Assembly (NCBI GenBank): GCA_903884265.1
Contig: CAISEG010000073.1
Coordinates: 13,957 to 77,956, forward strand
DNA length: 64,000 nt
Direction: 5' to 3'
Origin: an uncultured Anaerolineales bacterium
GTDB taxonomy: Bacteria > Chloroflexota > Anaerolineae > Anaerolineales > Villigracilaceae
This document shows, in pieces, positions 18,755 to 28,814 of this stretch. How positions within the stretch are numbered: the stretch's first letter is position 1; each line of letters begins with the position of its first letter. The translations under genes were made by a program, and so were the position numbers. The notes beneath the pieces are model-generated. The model had not been told where the DNA came from, made no database searches, and saw only the letters and a list, made by a program, of their open reading frames with translations.

Positions 18755-20140
18755 ATGACACGCATCCATCTGATCGGCATTGGTGGTACCGGACTCTCAG
18801 CCATCGCCCGTGTCCTGCTCGAAATGGGACACACGGTGAGCGGGTCTGACCGCGCCGAATCGCCATTCACGCGCGACCTGCAAGCTGCAGGGGTGGCGAT
18901 CAGTATCGGACACCGCCCGGAGATCGTTCGCGGCGCCGACCTTGTGGTTCGCTCGTCAGCCATCCCTGACGACAACCCCGAAGTGACTGCTGCGCGTGCC
19001 CTCAGAATCCCGGTCCTGAAGCGAGGCGACTTCCTCGGCCATCTGATGGATGGCAAGACCGGTATCGCCATAGCTGGAACGCATGGCAAGACCACCACCA
19101 CCTCGATGATTGCATGGATACTCTCAGCATTAGGCCAGGATCCAACTTTCATCGTCGGCGGTGTACTGGTAAACCTGGGTGTAAATGCTCGGGCCGGTAA
19201 AGGTAATGCCTTCGTCATTGAAGCCGACGAATACGACGGCATGTTCCTGGGTCTCAAACCAACCATCGAAGTGGTCACCAACATCGAGTACGACCATCCC
19301 GATTGCTATTCCACTCCGGCTGATTACCAGGCCGCCTTTGTGGAATTCATGTATCGTCTTCCGGCAGGAGGTTCCCTGGTGGCATGCGCCGAAGATCCCG
19401 GGGCGCGCGACCTGTTGGGCAAAGCCGAAAAACTTGGCAAAGCGGTCATCCCTTACGGTCTGCGCCCCACAACCGAGACCGGCCAGGCATTGGATGTTTA
19501 CGCCAACGTGCTGGCTCCCAATGAAAAAAGCGGCTTAACATTCAGCGCTTCTGTGCTTGGCAAATCAGCCATGGTTGAACTCCAAGTGCCGGGAAAGCAC
19601 AACGTCCGCAATGCCCTGGCGGCGCTGACGGTGGCGCAATTGCTTGGCTTGGATCTCGACACCGCAGCCCAGGCGCTGGGTGAGTTTACCGGCACCGGAC
19701 GCAGGTTCGAGGTGCGCGGCGAAGTGAATGGCATCTTGATTATTGACGACTATGCGCATCATCCAACTGAAATCATCGCAACACTCGCCGCTGCCCGTAC
19801 CCGCTATCCCTCTCGCCGCATCTGGGCTGTCTGGCAACCGCACACCTACTCGCGCACCCAGGCCTTGTTCAACCAGTTCGCGACCGCATTCACCGACGCT
19901 GACGAGGTGATCGTAACCGAAATCTATGCGGCCCGTGAGGCTAAACAAGATTACTCATCAAAACAGGTTGTGGAAGCCATGCCGCGCACGGCGCACTTTA
20001 TCGCCGGATTATCGGAAGCAAGCAATTATCTGGTCTCGAATTTACGCCCTGGGGATGCCCTGTTGGTACTCTCAGCCGGAGATGCTGACCAAATTAGTAC
20101 CGATGTGCTGACCCATTTAAAGGAGGCTCGTAATGGCTGA
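18755..20140 (+). CDS. murC: UDP-N-acetylmuramate--L-alanine ligase MurC
   Basis: IHLIGIGGTGLSAIARVL, GTHGKTTTTSM and DDYAHHPTE. Confidence 0.95.
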   Translation: MTRIHLIGIGGTGLSAIARVLLEMGHTVSGSDRAESPFTRDLQAAGVAISIGHRPEIVRGADLVVRSSAIPDDNPEVTAARALRIPVLKRGDFLGHLMDGKTGIAIAGTHGKTTTTSMIAWILSALGQDPTFIVGGVLVNLGVNARAGKGNAFVIEADEYDGMFLGLKPTIEVVTNIEYDHPDCYSTPADYQAAFVEFMYRLPAGGSLVACAEDPGARDLLGKAEKLGKAVIPYGLRPTTETGQALDVYANVLAPNEKSGLTFSASVLGKSAMVELQVPGKHNVRNALAALTVAQLLGLDLDTAAQALGEFTGTGRRFEVRGEVNGILIIDDYAHHPTEIIATLAAARTRYPSRRIWAVWQPHTYSRTQALFNQFATAFTDADEVIVTEIYAAREAKQDYSSKQVVEAMPRTAHFIAGLSEASNYLVSNLRPGDALLVLSAGDADQISTDVLTHLKEARNG

Positions 20141-20321
20141 AAAGAAATATGTGTACGAGACCGAAGTAACGTCCCTGCCGCCCCTGCGCCTTATGCTGGG
20201 TGATGTGCCTGTTTCCGATCCAGAAGAATGGCGCAATTCCACTCAAAGACAACAGAAACTTAACCCTGAGATGGAAGGCACAGTCAAGCGGCTGATTGCC
20301 TATCTAAAGGATAATAAATAA
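20133..20321 (+). CDS. 62-aa hypothetical protein, translationally coupled to murC
   Basis: The ATG overlaps the murC stop (ATGGCTGA), and AAGGAGG lies 7 nt upstream. Hydrophilic, with no family recognised. Confidence 0.45.
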   Translation: MAEKKYVYETEVTSLPPLRLMLGDVPVSDPEEWRNSTQRQQKLNPEMEGTVKRLIAYLKDNK

Positions 20322-20326
20322 CCGGA

Positions 20327-21295
20327 GTGACAATTCTGCTGGTAAATACAAAACCTAGCCGTAGCTGCCCTAACCTTATGCAACCATCCAACTTTTCCGA
20401 CCTACGCTCCACCTTTGGCGACCGCCTGCAAGAGAATGTTCCTCTCTCCAGCTATACTGCGGCGCGCATTGGCGGTCCGGCAGATGCGATGGTCTTCGTC
20501 CGGTCGGCGGACGAGCTGGCCGAGGCTGCAGAGAAATTATGGAAAATGGATGTGCCCTACCTGCTTCTCGGTGGCGGTTCGAATGTGCTAGTCAGCGACA
20601 AAGGTGTTCGTGGCGTAGTGATCATCAATAGGGCGCGAATATTAAAATTCGACTCACAATCCGAACCGCCCAGCGTACACGCCGAATCGGGAGTTACAGC
20701 CAATGACGTTGCCCAGCGTGCAGCGCGGCTGGGATTGGCAGGATTCGAATGGGCCGCAGGCGTTCCCGGGTCGCTAGGTGGAGCTGTATACGGTAATGCC
20801 GGAGCTTTTGGCGAAAATATCGCCGGGAACCTGATCTCGATTGAGTTGATCCACCGTCAGGACGGACGCCAGGTCTGGCCGGTGGAAAAGATGGAATATG
20901 GCTACCGCACCAGCATGCTCAAACGCGATCGCCCCCCTGTCCTCATCCTTTCGGTGGATCTGGCCCTCAGTCACGGCAACCCGCAAGCCATCCAGGCTAA
21001 AATGGAACAATTTTCCGAGCGGCGGCGCAACACCCAGCCGCCCGGGGCCAGCATGGGTTCAATGTTCAAGAATCCGACTGACGACAAGGCAGGCCGTTTG
21101 ATCGAAGCTGCCGGCTTGAAAGGCAGACGGATAGGCAACGCTGAGATCAGCACACAGCACGCAAATTTTTTCATCAACCACGGACAAACGCGCGCCGAAG
21201 ACATGAAGGCGCTGATCGATTTGGCTAGAAATACTGTCTCTGAGAAATTCGGTATAAACCTTGAGCTTGAAGTGGAAATAATCGGTGAGTGGTAA
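20327..21295 (+). CDS. murB: UDP-N-acetylenolpyruvoylglucosamine reductase MurB
   Basis: YTAARIGGPAD, LLLGGGSNVLV and GSMFKNP. The start is uncertain: GTG at 20327 or ATG at 20378. Confidence 0.9.
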   Translation: MTILLVNTKPSRSCPNLMQPSNFSDLRSTFGDRLQENVPLSSYTAARIGGPADAMVFVRSADELAEAAEKLWKMDVPYLLLGGGSNVLVSDKGVRGVVIINRARILKFDSQSEPPSVHAESGVTANDVAQRAARLGLAGFEWAAGVPGSLGGAVYGNAGAFGENIAGNLISIELIHRQDGRQVWPVEKMEYGYRTSMLKRDRPPVLILSVDLALSHGNPQAIQAKMEQFSERRRNTQPPGASMGSMFKNPTDDKAGRLIEAAGLKGRRIGNAEISTQHANFFINHGQTRAEDMKALIDLARNTVSEKFGINLELEVEIIGEW

Positions 21296-21297
21296 GC

Positions 21298-22422
21298 ATG
21301 GATAAGAAACTCCGCATTGCAGTTCTCTTTGGTGGGCGGTCCGGTGAACACGAGGTTTCCCTCATGTCGGCCAGATCAGTGCTTTCTGCACTCGACCCTG
21401 GGAAGTATGAGATAACTCAAATCGGCATTACCAAGGATGGTGTCTGGTTGGTAGGTGAAAACGTGTTGGATGAAATGGACAAATCACAGACGGATGATAA
21501 AAACCTGAAACAAGTGATCATCATCCCCGACCAGCATCACAATCGTATTTGGGAAATCCGGGTTGAAGGATCCACCTGGATGCTGGAACCGCTTGCAGAT
21601 GTGGATGTGGTTTTTCCCGTTCTTCACGGCACATTCGGCGAAGATGGAACCCTGCAAGGGTTGCTGGAACTGGCTGACCTGGCATACGTAGGCGCAGGGG
21701 TGGTCGGCTCCTCGGTGGGCATGGATAAAGGCATCTTCAAGGATGTGATGCGTGCCAATGACATACCGACTGTAGAGTCCGTTATCGTCCTTCGGAGCGA
21801 GATCGAGACGAATATCGAGACCGTCATCCGCCGGGTCGAAGCAGTTGGACCTTATCCGTTGTTCGCCAAACCCGCCAATCTGGGTTCCTCGGTTGGTATT
21901 ACAAAGTGCAACAATCGTGCTGATATGAGCGAGGGACTTTTGGAAGCCGCAGCTTTTGATCGACGCGTGCTGGTTGAGCGCGGCCTGAATGCCCACGAGA
22001 TCGAAGTTTCCGTGTTGGGCAACGATACCCCACTGGCGTCCGTCCCTGGCGAAGTCCTGCCAAGCCGTGAGTTCTACTCCTATGAATCCAAGTACTTGGA
22101 TGGCACTTCCGATTTGCTCATCCCGGCTCCCCTACCTGCCGAGACTACCGAGAAGATCCGCCAAATGGCTGTCACTGCCTTCAAAGCCATTGATTGTGCC
22201 GGAATGGCGCGTGTCGATTTCTTTGTTGAAAAAGTCACCGGCGAGATCTACTTGAACGAACTTAACACCATCCCTGGCTTTACCAGTATCAGCATGTACC
22301 CCAAGCTATGGGAAGCCAGCGGATTATCATACGCCAAACTCGTTGACCGTTTGATCGAACTGGCTATCGAACGTAAGAACGACCGCGACCACACTGAACG
22401 CATCTTACGGAGAACATCATGA
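21298..22422 (+). CDS. ddl: D-alanine--D-alanine ligase
   Basis: VLFGGRSGEHEVS and the ATP-grasp blocks FAKPANLGSSVGI and YLNELNTIPGFT. ATG at 21298, 3 nt after the murB stop. Confidence 0.95.
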   Translation: MDKKLRIAVLFGGRSGEHEVSLMSARSVLSALDPGKYEITQIGITKDGVWLVGENVLDEMDKSQTDDKNLKQVIIIPDQHHNRIWEIRVEGSTWMLEPLADVDVVFPVLHGTFGEDGTLQGLLELADLAYVGAGVVGSSVGMDKGIFKDVMRANDIPTVESVIVLRSEIETNIETVIRRVEAVGPYPLFAKPANLGSSVGITKCNNRADMSEGLLEAAAFDRRVLVERGLNAHEIEVSVLGNDTPLASVPGEVLPSREFYSYESKYLDGTSDLLIPAPLPAETTEKIRQMAVTAFKAIDCAGMARVDFFVEKVTGEIYLNELNTIPGFTSISMYPKLWEASGLSYAKLVDRLIELAIERKNDRDHTERILRRTS

Positions 22423-23417
22423 CCTCCCTGCAGAAAACTTCCCACGCCAATTTTGTACGCCAGCGCCGTACACCTAAAACGCCTTCGGTTAAAACCCCGA
22501 AAAAGACGACACAAACCGCCCAAAAGGCATACCATCCCGCCTCGGTATACTTGCCGGCCGAACCGCGGCGTGTAGTACGCCGGACCGTTAGGCAAGCTCA
22601 AGGTAACGTTACGAGCCGGTCAACAAAAGCAGTGCATCGAAATGGTTTCGATATCGCCTTCACCCTTGGTCGGACCAAAGTGCATGCTCCGGTCTTGAAC
22701 ATCCCTGAGTTAGGTCCACGCTGGGTCTCCGCAGCAATGACCTTGGTACTGAGTTTCATGCTCTTCACAATGTGGACCGCGTCCCCCTTAACGGTAAAGG
22801 CAGCGGAATTACACGGCAACCAGCGTCTGAGCCTGACAGAAATCAATTCCATGCTCGGTATGATCGGAAAGCCGATCTTCAGTGCTGTCCCAGCCCAGAT
22901 AGAAACCAACCTGTACACCGCTTTCCCTGATCTGGAATCCGTCAAAGTCCGTATAAGCTTTCCCAGTCGCATCTCTGTGGATATAAAAGAACGGACACCC
23001 GTCATGGTTTGGTCACAGAATGGAAACACAACTTTGATCGATGCCAGTGGCGTAGCCTTTCCACTGCGCGGCGAGATTCCAGCCCTGCTCCAGGTAAGCG
23101 CCACCGGGGCTCCCACCGGGGTCCAACTGGATCCGGCGCTTCCAATCTACAAACAGAAGTTTATCGCCCCCGAAATGGTCAATGCAATGCTCGTGCTGGC
23201 TCCTGTAGTCCCAGCCGGGATGACGATGACCTTTGACCCGCAATATGGCATGGGTTGGAAAGACCCGCGCGGCTGGAGCGTCTATTTCGGTCAAACAACA
23301 AAAGATATTCCGATGAAAATGATGGTCTACCAGGCCATCGTGGATACTCTCACCCTCCAGGGCGTTCAGCCCTCGCTCATCAGCGTGGAATACCTGAACG
23401 CACCATTCTATAAGTAG
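22419..23417 (+). CDS. ftsQ: FtsQ/DivIB-type cell-division protein with a long basic N-terminal tail
   Basis: About 95-aa K/R/T/P-rich cytoplasmic region, one TM helix (WVSAAMTLVLSFMLFTMW), and a POTRA-like segment (VKAAELHGNQRLSLTEINSMLG...VKVRISFPSRISVDIKERTP). The ATG overlaps the ddl stop (ATGA). Confidence 0.75.
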   Translation: MTSLQKTSHANFVRQRRTPKTPSVKTPKKTTQTAQKAYHPASVYLPAEPRRVVRRTVRQAQGNVTSRSTKAVHRNGFDIAFTLGRTKVHAPVLNIPELGPRWVSAAMTLVLSFMLFTMWTASPLTVKAAELHGNQRLSLTEINSMLGMIGKPIFSAVPAQIETNLYTAFPDLESVKVRISFPSRISVDIKERTPVMVWSQNGNTTLIDASGVAFPLRGEIPALLQVSATGAPTGVQLDPALPIYKQKFIAPEMVNAMLVLAPVVPAGMTMTFDPQYGMGWKDPRGWSVYFGQTTKDIPMKMMVYQAIVDTLTLQGVQPSLISVEYLNAPFYK

Positions 23418-23429
23418 CCCAAGGGCCCT

Positions 23430-24668
23430 ATGGACGAAATTGTTGTTGGAATTGACGTCGGAACGACCAAAGTCTGCACCCTGGTTGGACGGATCGAAGA
23501 AGAAACCATCCGCATCCTGGGTGTGGGCATCGAGCCTTCGGCAGGCATCAAGAAGGGTGTCATTGTGGACCTGGCAGAAGCCGCCCAGGCGATCACTAAA
23601 TCGGTGAGCATGGCCGAGCAGACCTCGGGCGTGGAAATCACCGGTGCGATGGTCAGCCTGGCCGGGGCGCATGTATCGTCCATTAATAGCCGCGGTGTGG
23701 CGGGGATCTCCGACGAGGTAATTGATGAGGTAGATGTGGCGCGTGCCCTTGAAGCAGCCCGGGCAGTGGCCATTCCTCACAACCGCGAGGTCATCCACGT
23801 CATCCAGCGCGGCTTCACGGTGGATGGACAGGATGGTATTTCAATGCCGCTCGGCATGCGCGGATATCGGCTAGAAGTGGAAACCCATATCATCACTGCC
23901 GCCCAGGCCACAGTCGAGAACCTGCGCCAGTGCGTCAGTGCAGCGGGTGTGGAAGTATTGCAATTCGTGCTCAACCCCCTGGCTTCGGGTGATGTGGTAC
24001 TGACTGACAACGAACGCCAGATGGGTGTGGCAGTCTGCGATATCGGTGGCGGGACAACCGATCTGGCCCTATATGTGGATGGTCACGTCTGGCATACGAT
24101 GGTGTTGGCTGTGGGCGGCAACCATATCACGAACGACATCGCCACAGGCCTCCGTCTTCCGTTCAATAAAGCTGAAGAGATCAAGAAGAAATATGGTTTT
24201 GCAATGAAGTCAGGAGTCGGGGCCGAGGAAACATTCAACGTACCCACCTTCGGTGAAGACCAGCCGGTGAAAATCAGCCGACAGGATATGGCTCACATCA
24301 TTGAGGCCAGAGTTGAGGAAATCTTCATATTAACGCTGCAAGAGATTAAGCGTTCTGGTTATGATGGCTTGTTGCCAGCTGGCCTGGTTTTGACAGGCGG
24401 TACAAGTGCCCTGCCCGGTATTCGTCAACTGGCTTCAAAGGTTTTCGGACTTCCAATCCGTACCGCCAAGCCTGAAAACCTGGTTGGTCTGGTTGACCAG
24501 TTGAAGAGTCCCGCATACTCCACCAGCGTTGGCCTGCTGCACTGGGCAGCAGCGATGACTGAAGACGACTTTTCTTCTGCTCGTGGACGCAAACAACGCG
24601 GCGGAAAGAGAGAAGTCCAATTGAACCTGGATCCGGTCAGGGATTGGTTCAAGAGATTGTTACCGTAG
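23430..24668 (+). CDS. ftsA: cell-division protein FtsA
   Basis: Actin-fold phosphate loops [15 protein letters not shown] and [22 protein letters not shown]. Confidence 0.95.
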   Translation: MDEIVVGIDVGTTKVCTLVGRIEEETIRILGVGIEPSAGIKKGVIVDLAEAAQAITKSVSMAEQTSGVEITGAMVSLAGAHVSSINSRGVAGISDEVIDEVDVARALEAARAVAIPHNREVIHVIQRGFTVDGQDGISMPLGMRGYRLEVETHIITAAQATVENLRQCVSAAGVEVLQFVLNPLASGDVVLTDNERQMGVAVCDIGGGTTDLALYVDGHVWHTMVLAVGGNHITNDIATGLRLPFNKAEEIKKKYGFAMKSGVGAEETFNVPTFGEDQPVKISRQDMAHIIEARVEEIFILTLQEIKRSGYDGLLPAGLVLTGGTSALPGIRQLASKVFGLPIRTAKPENLVGLVDQLKSPAYSTSVGLLHWAAAMTEDDFSSARGRKQRGGKREVQLNLDPVRDWFKRLLP

Positions 24669-24747
24669 TAAGTACCGGACGGACGAACAAAATCGCCACG
24701 TCGCCAAAAGTATCGTCAACCGTTCTCACTTTTCAGGAGGTAGTAAC

Positions 24748-25881
24748 ATGGACGCAAAAAAGAATCAAGCTGAAACATTCGCCCGCATCAAAGTAGTAGG
24801 CGTGGGCGGAGGCGGCAGCAACGCCGTCAACCGGATGATCGAGGAAGGCATCCAGGGAGTGGAGTTTGTTGCGATCAACACCGACGCCCAGGCGTTGATG
24901 CTGGCCAAGGCTCCCACCCGAGTACGCATCGGCAACAAGCTGACGCGCGGTCTTGGAGCGGGCGGTAACCCGGAGGTTGGGCGCAAGTCGGCCGAAGAAT
25001 CCGCTGAAGACCTTTATAACGCGCTGAAAGGCGCAGATATGATCTTCATCACGGCCGGCCTGGGTGGTGGAACAGGCACTGGTGCTGCCCCCATCGTGGC
25101 CCAGATCAGCCGCGAGGTCGGTGCGCTAACCATTGGTGTGGTCACCCGGCCATTCACCTTCGAGGGTAACCGCCGGATGCAGCAGTGCGAGACCGGCATG
25201 GCAAAACTCAAAGAACATTCCGACACCCTCATCGTCATCCCCAATGATCGGCTGCTTCAGATTATGGACAAGCGCGCCAGCTTGAATGACTCCTTCAAGA
25301 TGGCGGATGATGTCCTGCGCCAAGGCATTCAGGGTATCTCCGAATTGATCACTGTACCTGGTTTGATCAATCTCGACTTTGCCGACGTGCGCACCATCAT
25401 GTCGGAAGGCGGTGCGGCGCTGATGGCAGTTGGTAAGGCCTCCGGAGAGGACCGTGCCCGCCTGGCTGCCGAGCAGGCCATCTCCAGTCAACTCCTCGAT
25501 ATCACTATCGATGGTGCCAAGGGTGTGCTCTTCAACGTAACAGGCGGTCCCAGTTTGACCCTGTTCGAGGTCAACCAGGCTGCAGCCATGATTCGTGAGA
25601 CCGCCCATCCGGATGTGAACATGATCTTTGGTGCGGTAATCGACCCGGATATGACCGACGAGATCCGCGTGACGGTCATTGCCACCGGCTTCGAGCGTTC
25701 TGGCATGCCACGCCGCATTGCCCACCCGACATCCCGCAGCATGGATGGTAAGCCCGCCAACCGCCCACTTGAATCGGTCTCCGTGGAAGCCCAGTCCGGC
25801 CAGCCCGGCACTGAATTCCGCCCACAGACTTTCAACACCGAAGATCTGGACATCCCGACCTTCCTGCGCAACCGCAAGTAG
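24748..25881 (+). CDS. ftsZ: cell-division GTPase FtsZ
   Basis: [13 protein letters not shown], the tubulin signature [17 protein letters not shown], and the conserved C-terminal peptide [20 protein letters not shown]. Confidence 0.98.
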   Translation: MDAKKNQAETFARIKVVGVGGGGSNAVNRMIEEGIQGVEFVAINTDAQALMLAKAPTRVRIGNKLTRGLGAGGNPEVGRKSAEESAEDLYNALKGADMIFITAGLGGGTGTGAAPIVAQISREVGALTIGVVTRPFTFEGNRRMQQCETGMAKLKEHSDTLIVIPNDRLLQIMDKRASLNDSFKMADDVLRQGIQGISELITVPGLINLDFADVRTIMSEGGAALMAVGKASGEDRARLAAEQAISSQLLDITIDGAKGVLFNVTGGPSLTLFEVNQAAAMIRETAHPDVNMIFGAVIDPDMTDEIRVTVIATGFERSGMPRRIAHPTSRSMDGKPANRPLESVSVEAQSGQPGTEFRPQTFNTEDLDIPTFLRNRK

Positions 25882-25909
25882 CTTTCCCCCTCCTCTCCTG
25901 GAGCGTGAT

Positions 25910-25935
25910 CAGGGGCGACCCATGGGCCGCCCCTG
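25910..25935. terminator. GC-rich hairpin between the convergent ftsZ and the end of the minus-strand operon
   Basis: CAGGGGCGACCCA/TGGGCCGCCCCTG, a 13-bp palindrome with one mismatch, 29 nt after the ftsZ stop. Confidence 0.55.
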
Positions 25936-26005
25936 TACCGTTTAACCTTATCGGGTCATCTGGCACGCTAAAATTCCCGGGGGTTTCCTAGTTTTTATAA
26001 TCCCC

Positions 26006-26461
26006 TTATTCTGAATAGATCCGGATCGCGCTTAGGTCAAGGCTCAGTTCAAGGTGGGCTCCATACCGCATCCCTGGAATTTTTTCTGTGATCACTTCGA
26101 TTACTGACGGGTTCTGGAAATCGCGAATCTTAGTCTCTGGGTGGGGATAATAGACAAAACCTTCATACTCCTCGCCCTGAATCCTTACTCTACATGGGGA
26201 AAAAGAAAAATCCTCGGGCGGGTGCAGATCAGTCCAGGCGATTTGCTGGAAGGTAAAGTCCGGTTCGACCATTTCAAACCTCAACGGGGCGATGGAAATA
26301 TTCAGTGTACCGGTGAAGAATCGATCCAGGTCAAGGCCGCCTGCTTTGAAGAATGGTTTTTGCCGTTCCAGGCTGCTATACGGGTACTCTTTTGACGGTC
26401 CCGAGGCAACACGATGACCCTCAACAACTGTTCCGGGAACTTGGATATAATCCTTTTGCAT
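26006..26461 (-). CDS. hypothetical protein; weak resemblance to DUF120/CTP-dependent riboflavin kinase beta-barrel
   Basis: 151 aa. The pattern G-x-V-V-x-G ... F-x-G-T-L-N-I, then a C-terminal ...VIEVI... block, recalls archaeal RibK. This rests on recognition by eye only. Confidence 0.3.
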   Translation of the reverse strand: MQKDYIQVPGTVVEGHRVASGPSKEYPYSSLERQKPFFKAGGLDLDRFFTGTLNISIAPLRFEMVEPDFTFQQIAWTDLHPPEDFSFSPCRVRIQGEEYEGFVYYPHPETKIRDFQNPSVIEVITEKIPGMRYGAHLELSLDLSAIRIYSE

Positions 26462-26567
26462 AACCGTTTTCTTTCATTAGACGAGGGCACTTCCAATTAT
26501 CACCTTCACCTGACCATTCCCGCGCCCTAAAAGTGACAAATTGCGGGATGAGATACGCACAAAACAA

Positions 26568-27032
26568 CTAACCGTTCAATTCATCAATTAAGGCCAGCAT
26601 TTCGGCATTTTGTGGGATATCGGTCATGTCATGACCATAATGGACAAAACGGGCCGTCCCGGTTCGATCCACGAGCACCTGGGCGGGCATACGCCCAAAT
26701 TTGAACAGTTTGATCTCCTGCCCGTAGGTTTTTAATACAGAATGAATTGGGTCCGGCAGGCCAGTGAAGGGTAGGGAGTTATCACCAAAATAGCGTGCAA
26801 AAGCGGCAGCATCCTCTGGCCCAACAACCAGGATGACCGTGTTCCGATCTTCAAACTCCGTAAAATCTTGGCGCAACTGCGCCATGTGCGCGCGGCAGAA
26901 TGGTCAGATAAAACCGCGGTTGAAGACAAGTAATACATTCTTACCGCGGAAATCTGAAAGGCAGACTGGTTTGCCGGTATAGTCTGCTAGTTCAAAATTC
27001 GGTGCTGGGATGTTGATGGCTACTTTTGACAT
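26568..27032 (-). CDS. peroxiredoxin-like (PRX_like2/AhpC-TSA) thiol oxidoreductase; probable selenoprotein with in-frame UGA (U43)
   Basis: An ATG at 27032 with an AAGGAAA SD opens MSKVAINIPAPNFELADYTGKPVCLSDFRGKNVLLVFNRGFI-TGA(26906..26904)-PFCRAHMAQLRQDF... The frame is the same as ORF 26568..26885. The TGA replaces the first Cys of the family CxxC motif. Confidence 0.65.
26870..26883 (-). promoter_or_regulatory. candidate bacterial SECIS hairpin
   Basis: In the mRNA, GGCGC-AGUU-GCGCC starts 21 nt after the UGA, and the apical-loop G lies 27 nt after it. A flanking U-A pair extends the stem. Confidence 0.4.
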
Positions 27033-27065
27033 TTTGATTTCCTTTACCTATTGAAGGTCAAATTA

Positions 27066-28040
27066 TTAATTTCCAATATTCAACATTCGGTGCAGGTAAT
27101 CATTAACGGCCTGCATGAAGAGGGCAGGTTGTTCCTCGTGAGGGACATGACCTGCCAGCGGAATGATAATCAGTTTGGCGTTCGGTAATGCGCCCGCCAG
27201 GCGGATCGAGTCCGCGGTTGGGATAATTTTATCGGTATCACCAGTGATGACCAGCACCGGTAAGTCGAATTCGCTCAAACGCGCCGGTAGACCGGATGGC
27301 TGGCTGGCGGCAGTGAAATACCACAGGGCCCGGTCCCAGTTATCGACCTGGAGTGGTTTGGTATAACCGGCCATTGTCTCCGGTGTGATCTTTGATTGGT
27401 CGTACCAGGCTGTTTTGAGAAGCTGAATCCCGCTGGTCTGGATCGAGCGGACGATTAATGGGCCAAGATGATTCATCTGTGGTGTATTGTAGAATGGGCG
27501 CAGCCAGGAGGGTCCGCCGCCACCTTCATAGACCGCAGGATCCACCAGGATAAGTCCCTGGACACGGTCGGGGTGCTGGAGGTAAAACTGCATCGCGACC
27601 ATGCCACCCGCAGAATTTCCGACCAAGACAGCTTTCTGAACATTGTAAAAGTCCAGCAAACCGAGCAGCTGGTCCACGCTGGCCTGCGGACCGTAGGGAT
27701 TCTGGCCTTTCCATGTCATTGGGCGTTCTGTGAGACCGAAAGCAGTGCGGTCGTAGGCAATGACCATCCCATCCTGACTTAATGGTTCCATGACAGCGTG
27801 CCAGGAAAACAGGCTGGCTCCAAAGCCATGCAAGAGTACGATGACCGGCCCCCCCTTCCCCATCGTCTTGATGTGGACGGAAAGCCCATTGATCTCAATG
27901 AACTGGCTGTCGGAATCTGTCAATTGTCCAGGCTGGACAGTATCCGTAAGCGCCGGGACTGGGACGAGGAATGGGCCCACCAATACAATAAACAGCAGGG
28001 CGGTCAGAATAATAAGCAGGCTGCGCCGGAAGTTTTTCAT
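27066..28040 (-). CDS. alpha/beta-fold hydrolase with N-terminal membrane anchor/signal
   Basis: VLLHGFGASLFSW (oxyanion HG), nucleophile elbow GNSAGG, and a C-terminal GHVPHEE His motif. Confidence 0.8.
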   Translation of the reverse strand: MKNFRRSLLIILTALLFIVLVGPFLVPVPALTDTVQPGQLTDSDSQFIEINGLSVHIKTMGKGGPVIVLLHGFGASLFSWHAVMEPLSQDGMVIAYDRTAFGLTERPMTWKGQNPYGPQASVDQLLGLLDFYNVQKAVLVGNSAGGMVAMQFYLQHPDRVQGLILVDPAVYEGGGGPSWLRPFYNTPQMNHLGPLIVRSIQTSGIQLLKTAWYDQSKITPETMAGYTKPLQVDNWDRALWYFTAASQPSGLPARLSEFDLPVLVITGDTDKIIPTADSIRLAGALPNAKLIIIPLAGHVPHEEQPALFMQAVNDYLHRMLNIGN

Positions 28041-28047
28041 ATTAAGA

Positions 28048-28806
28048 TTACTTGTGAGCTCTTACCCATCTTATAAGGCTATAGAGAAAAACAAGCGCCA
28101 CAAGCAGGCTTGTGATCAACGAGGCGATCCAGATGAGCGGTTCATTTGAGAACTTGTAGCCAATCCCTACTAGCGACCACAAGATGACCAGAATGTAAGC
28201 CACGTCACGGCGGTTCAGGCTCATCAGGGTTGAAATCACAAGGACAGCCACGAGGACTACCAGGAACCAGGTTTGCGCAGCGATACCAAAAACATTCCAT
28301 TTTAGATAGTCTAACACATCGGTCACATTGGCAACCGTGGCAACCGTGATCCAACCCAAGTAGACGCTGAAGGGGATGCGCACAGCCCAGTTCTCGCCGG
28401 TCGAAACTCTTATTCGCCCAATGCCGAGACGCTGATAAATGGCAATAAGCGAGCCAAGTAGGACCAGCATGGCAGCCAGCGTCCCGACGAATTGTTGGTA
28501 ATGCCACAGAAAGATCCATACGCTGTTCGCCAGTCCACCGAGAACGACCCACCAACCAGTGGACTGCAGGCGCGGGTTAATCTTCTGCGCAGGCAGGGCC
28601 TGGTAGATTGCGTAGGCGAGCAGGCCCATGTAGATCAGGCCCCAAATGGCAAAGACATATCCAGCCGGGACGAAATAAACGTGAAAATTATCCGAGATCC
28701 GGCCAGTATTCAGTCCGTTGATCGGCAGGGCATCGGCCAGGATGTTGATGGTGATTGTAGCCAGAATAACGACAACAACAGAAATCTGACGGAGGGCATT
28801 TTTCAT
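28048..28806 (-). CDS. Trp-rich polytopic membrane protein, TspO/MBR-related (long form)
   Basis: 252 aa, about 7 TM helices and many Trp residues. The N-terminal block ILADALPINGLNTGRISDNFHVYFVPAGYVFAIWGLIYMGLL resembles proteins annotated as tryptophan-rich sensory protein-like. Assigned from memory of the family. Confidence 0.45.
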   Translation of the reverse strand: MKNALRQISVVVVILATITINILADALPINGLNTGRISDNFHVYFVPAGYVFAIWGLIYMGLLAYAIYQALPAQKINPRLQSTGWWVVLGGLANSVWIFLWHYQQFVGTLAAMLVLLGSLIAIYQRLGIGRIRVSTGENWAVRIPFSVYLGWITVATVANVTDVLDYLKWNVFGIAAQTWFLVVLVAVLVISTLMSLNRRDVAYILVILWSLVGIGYKFSNEPLIWIASLITSLLVALVFLYSLIRWVRAHK

Positions 28807-28814
28807 AATTTTTC

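Noticed and set aside
18748-19284. 178-aa minus-strand ORF over the murC 5' end
   Set aside because: It is antisense to murC, whose P-loop and GIGGTG motifs lie on the + strand.
23013-23798. 261-aa minus-strand ORF spanning the ftsQ-ftsA junction
   Set aside because: It is antisense to two well-supported division genes and has no motifs.
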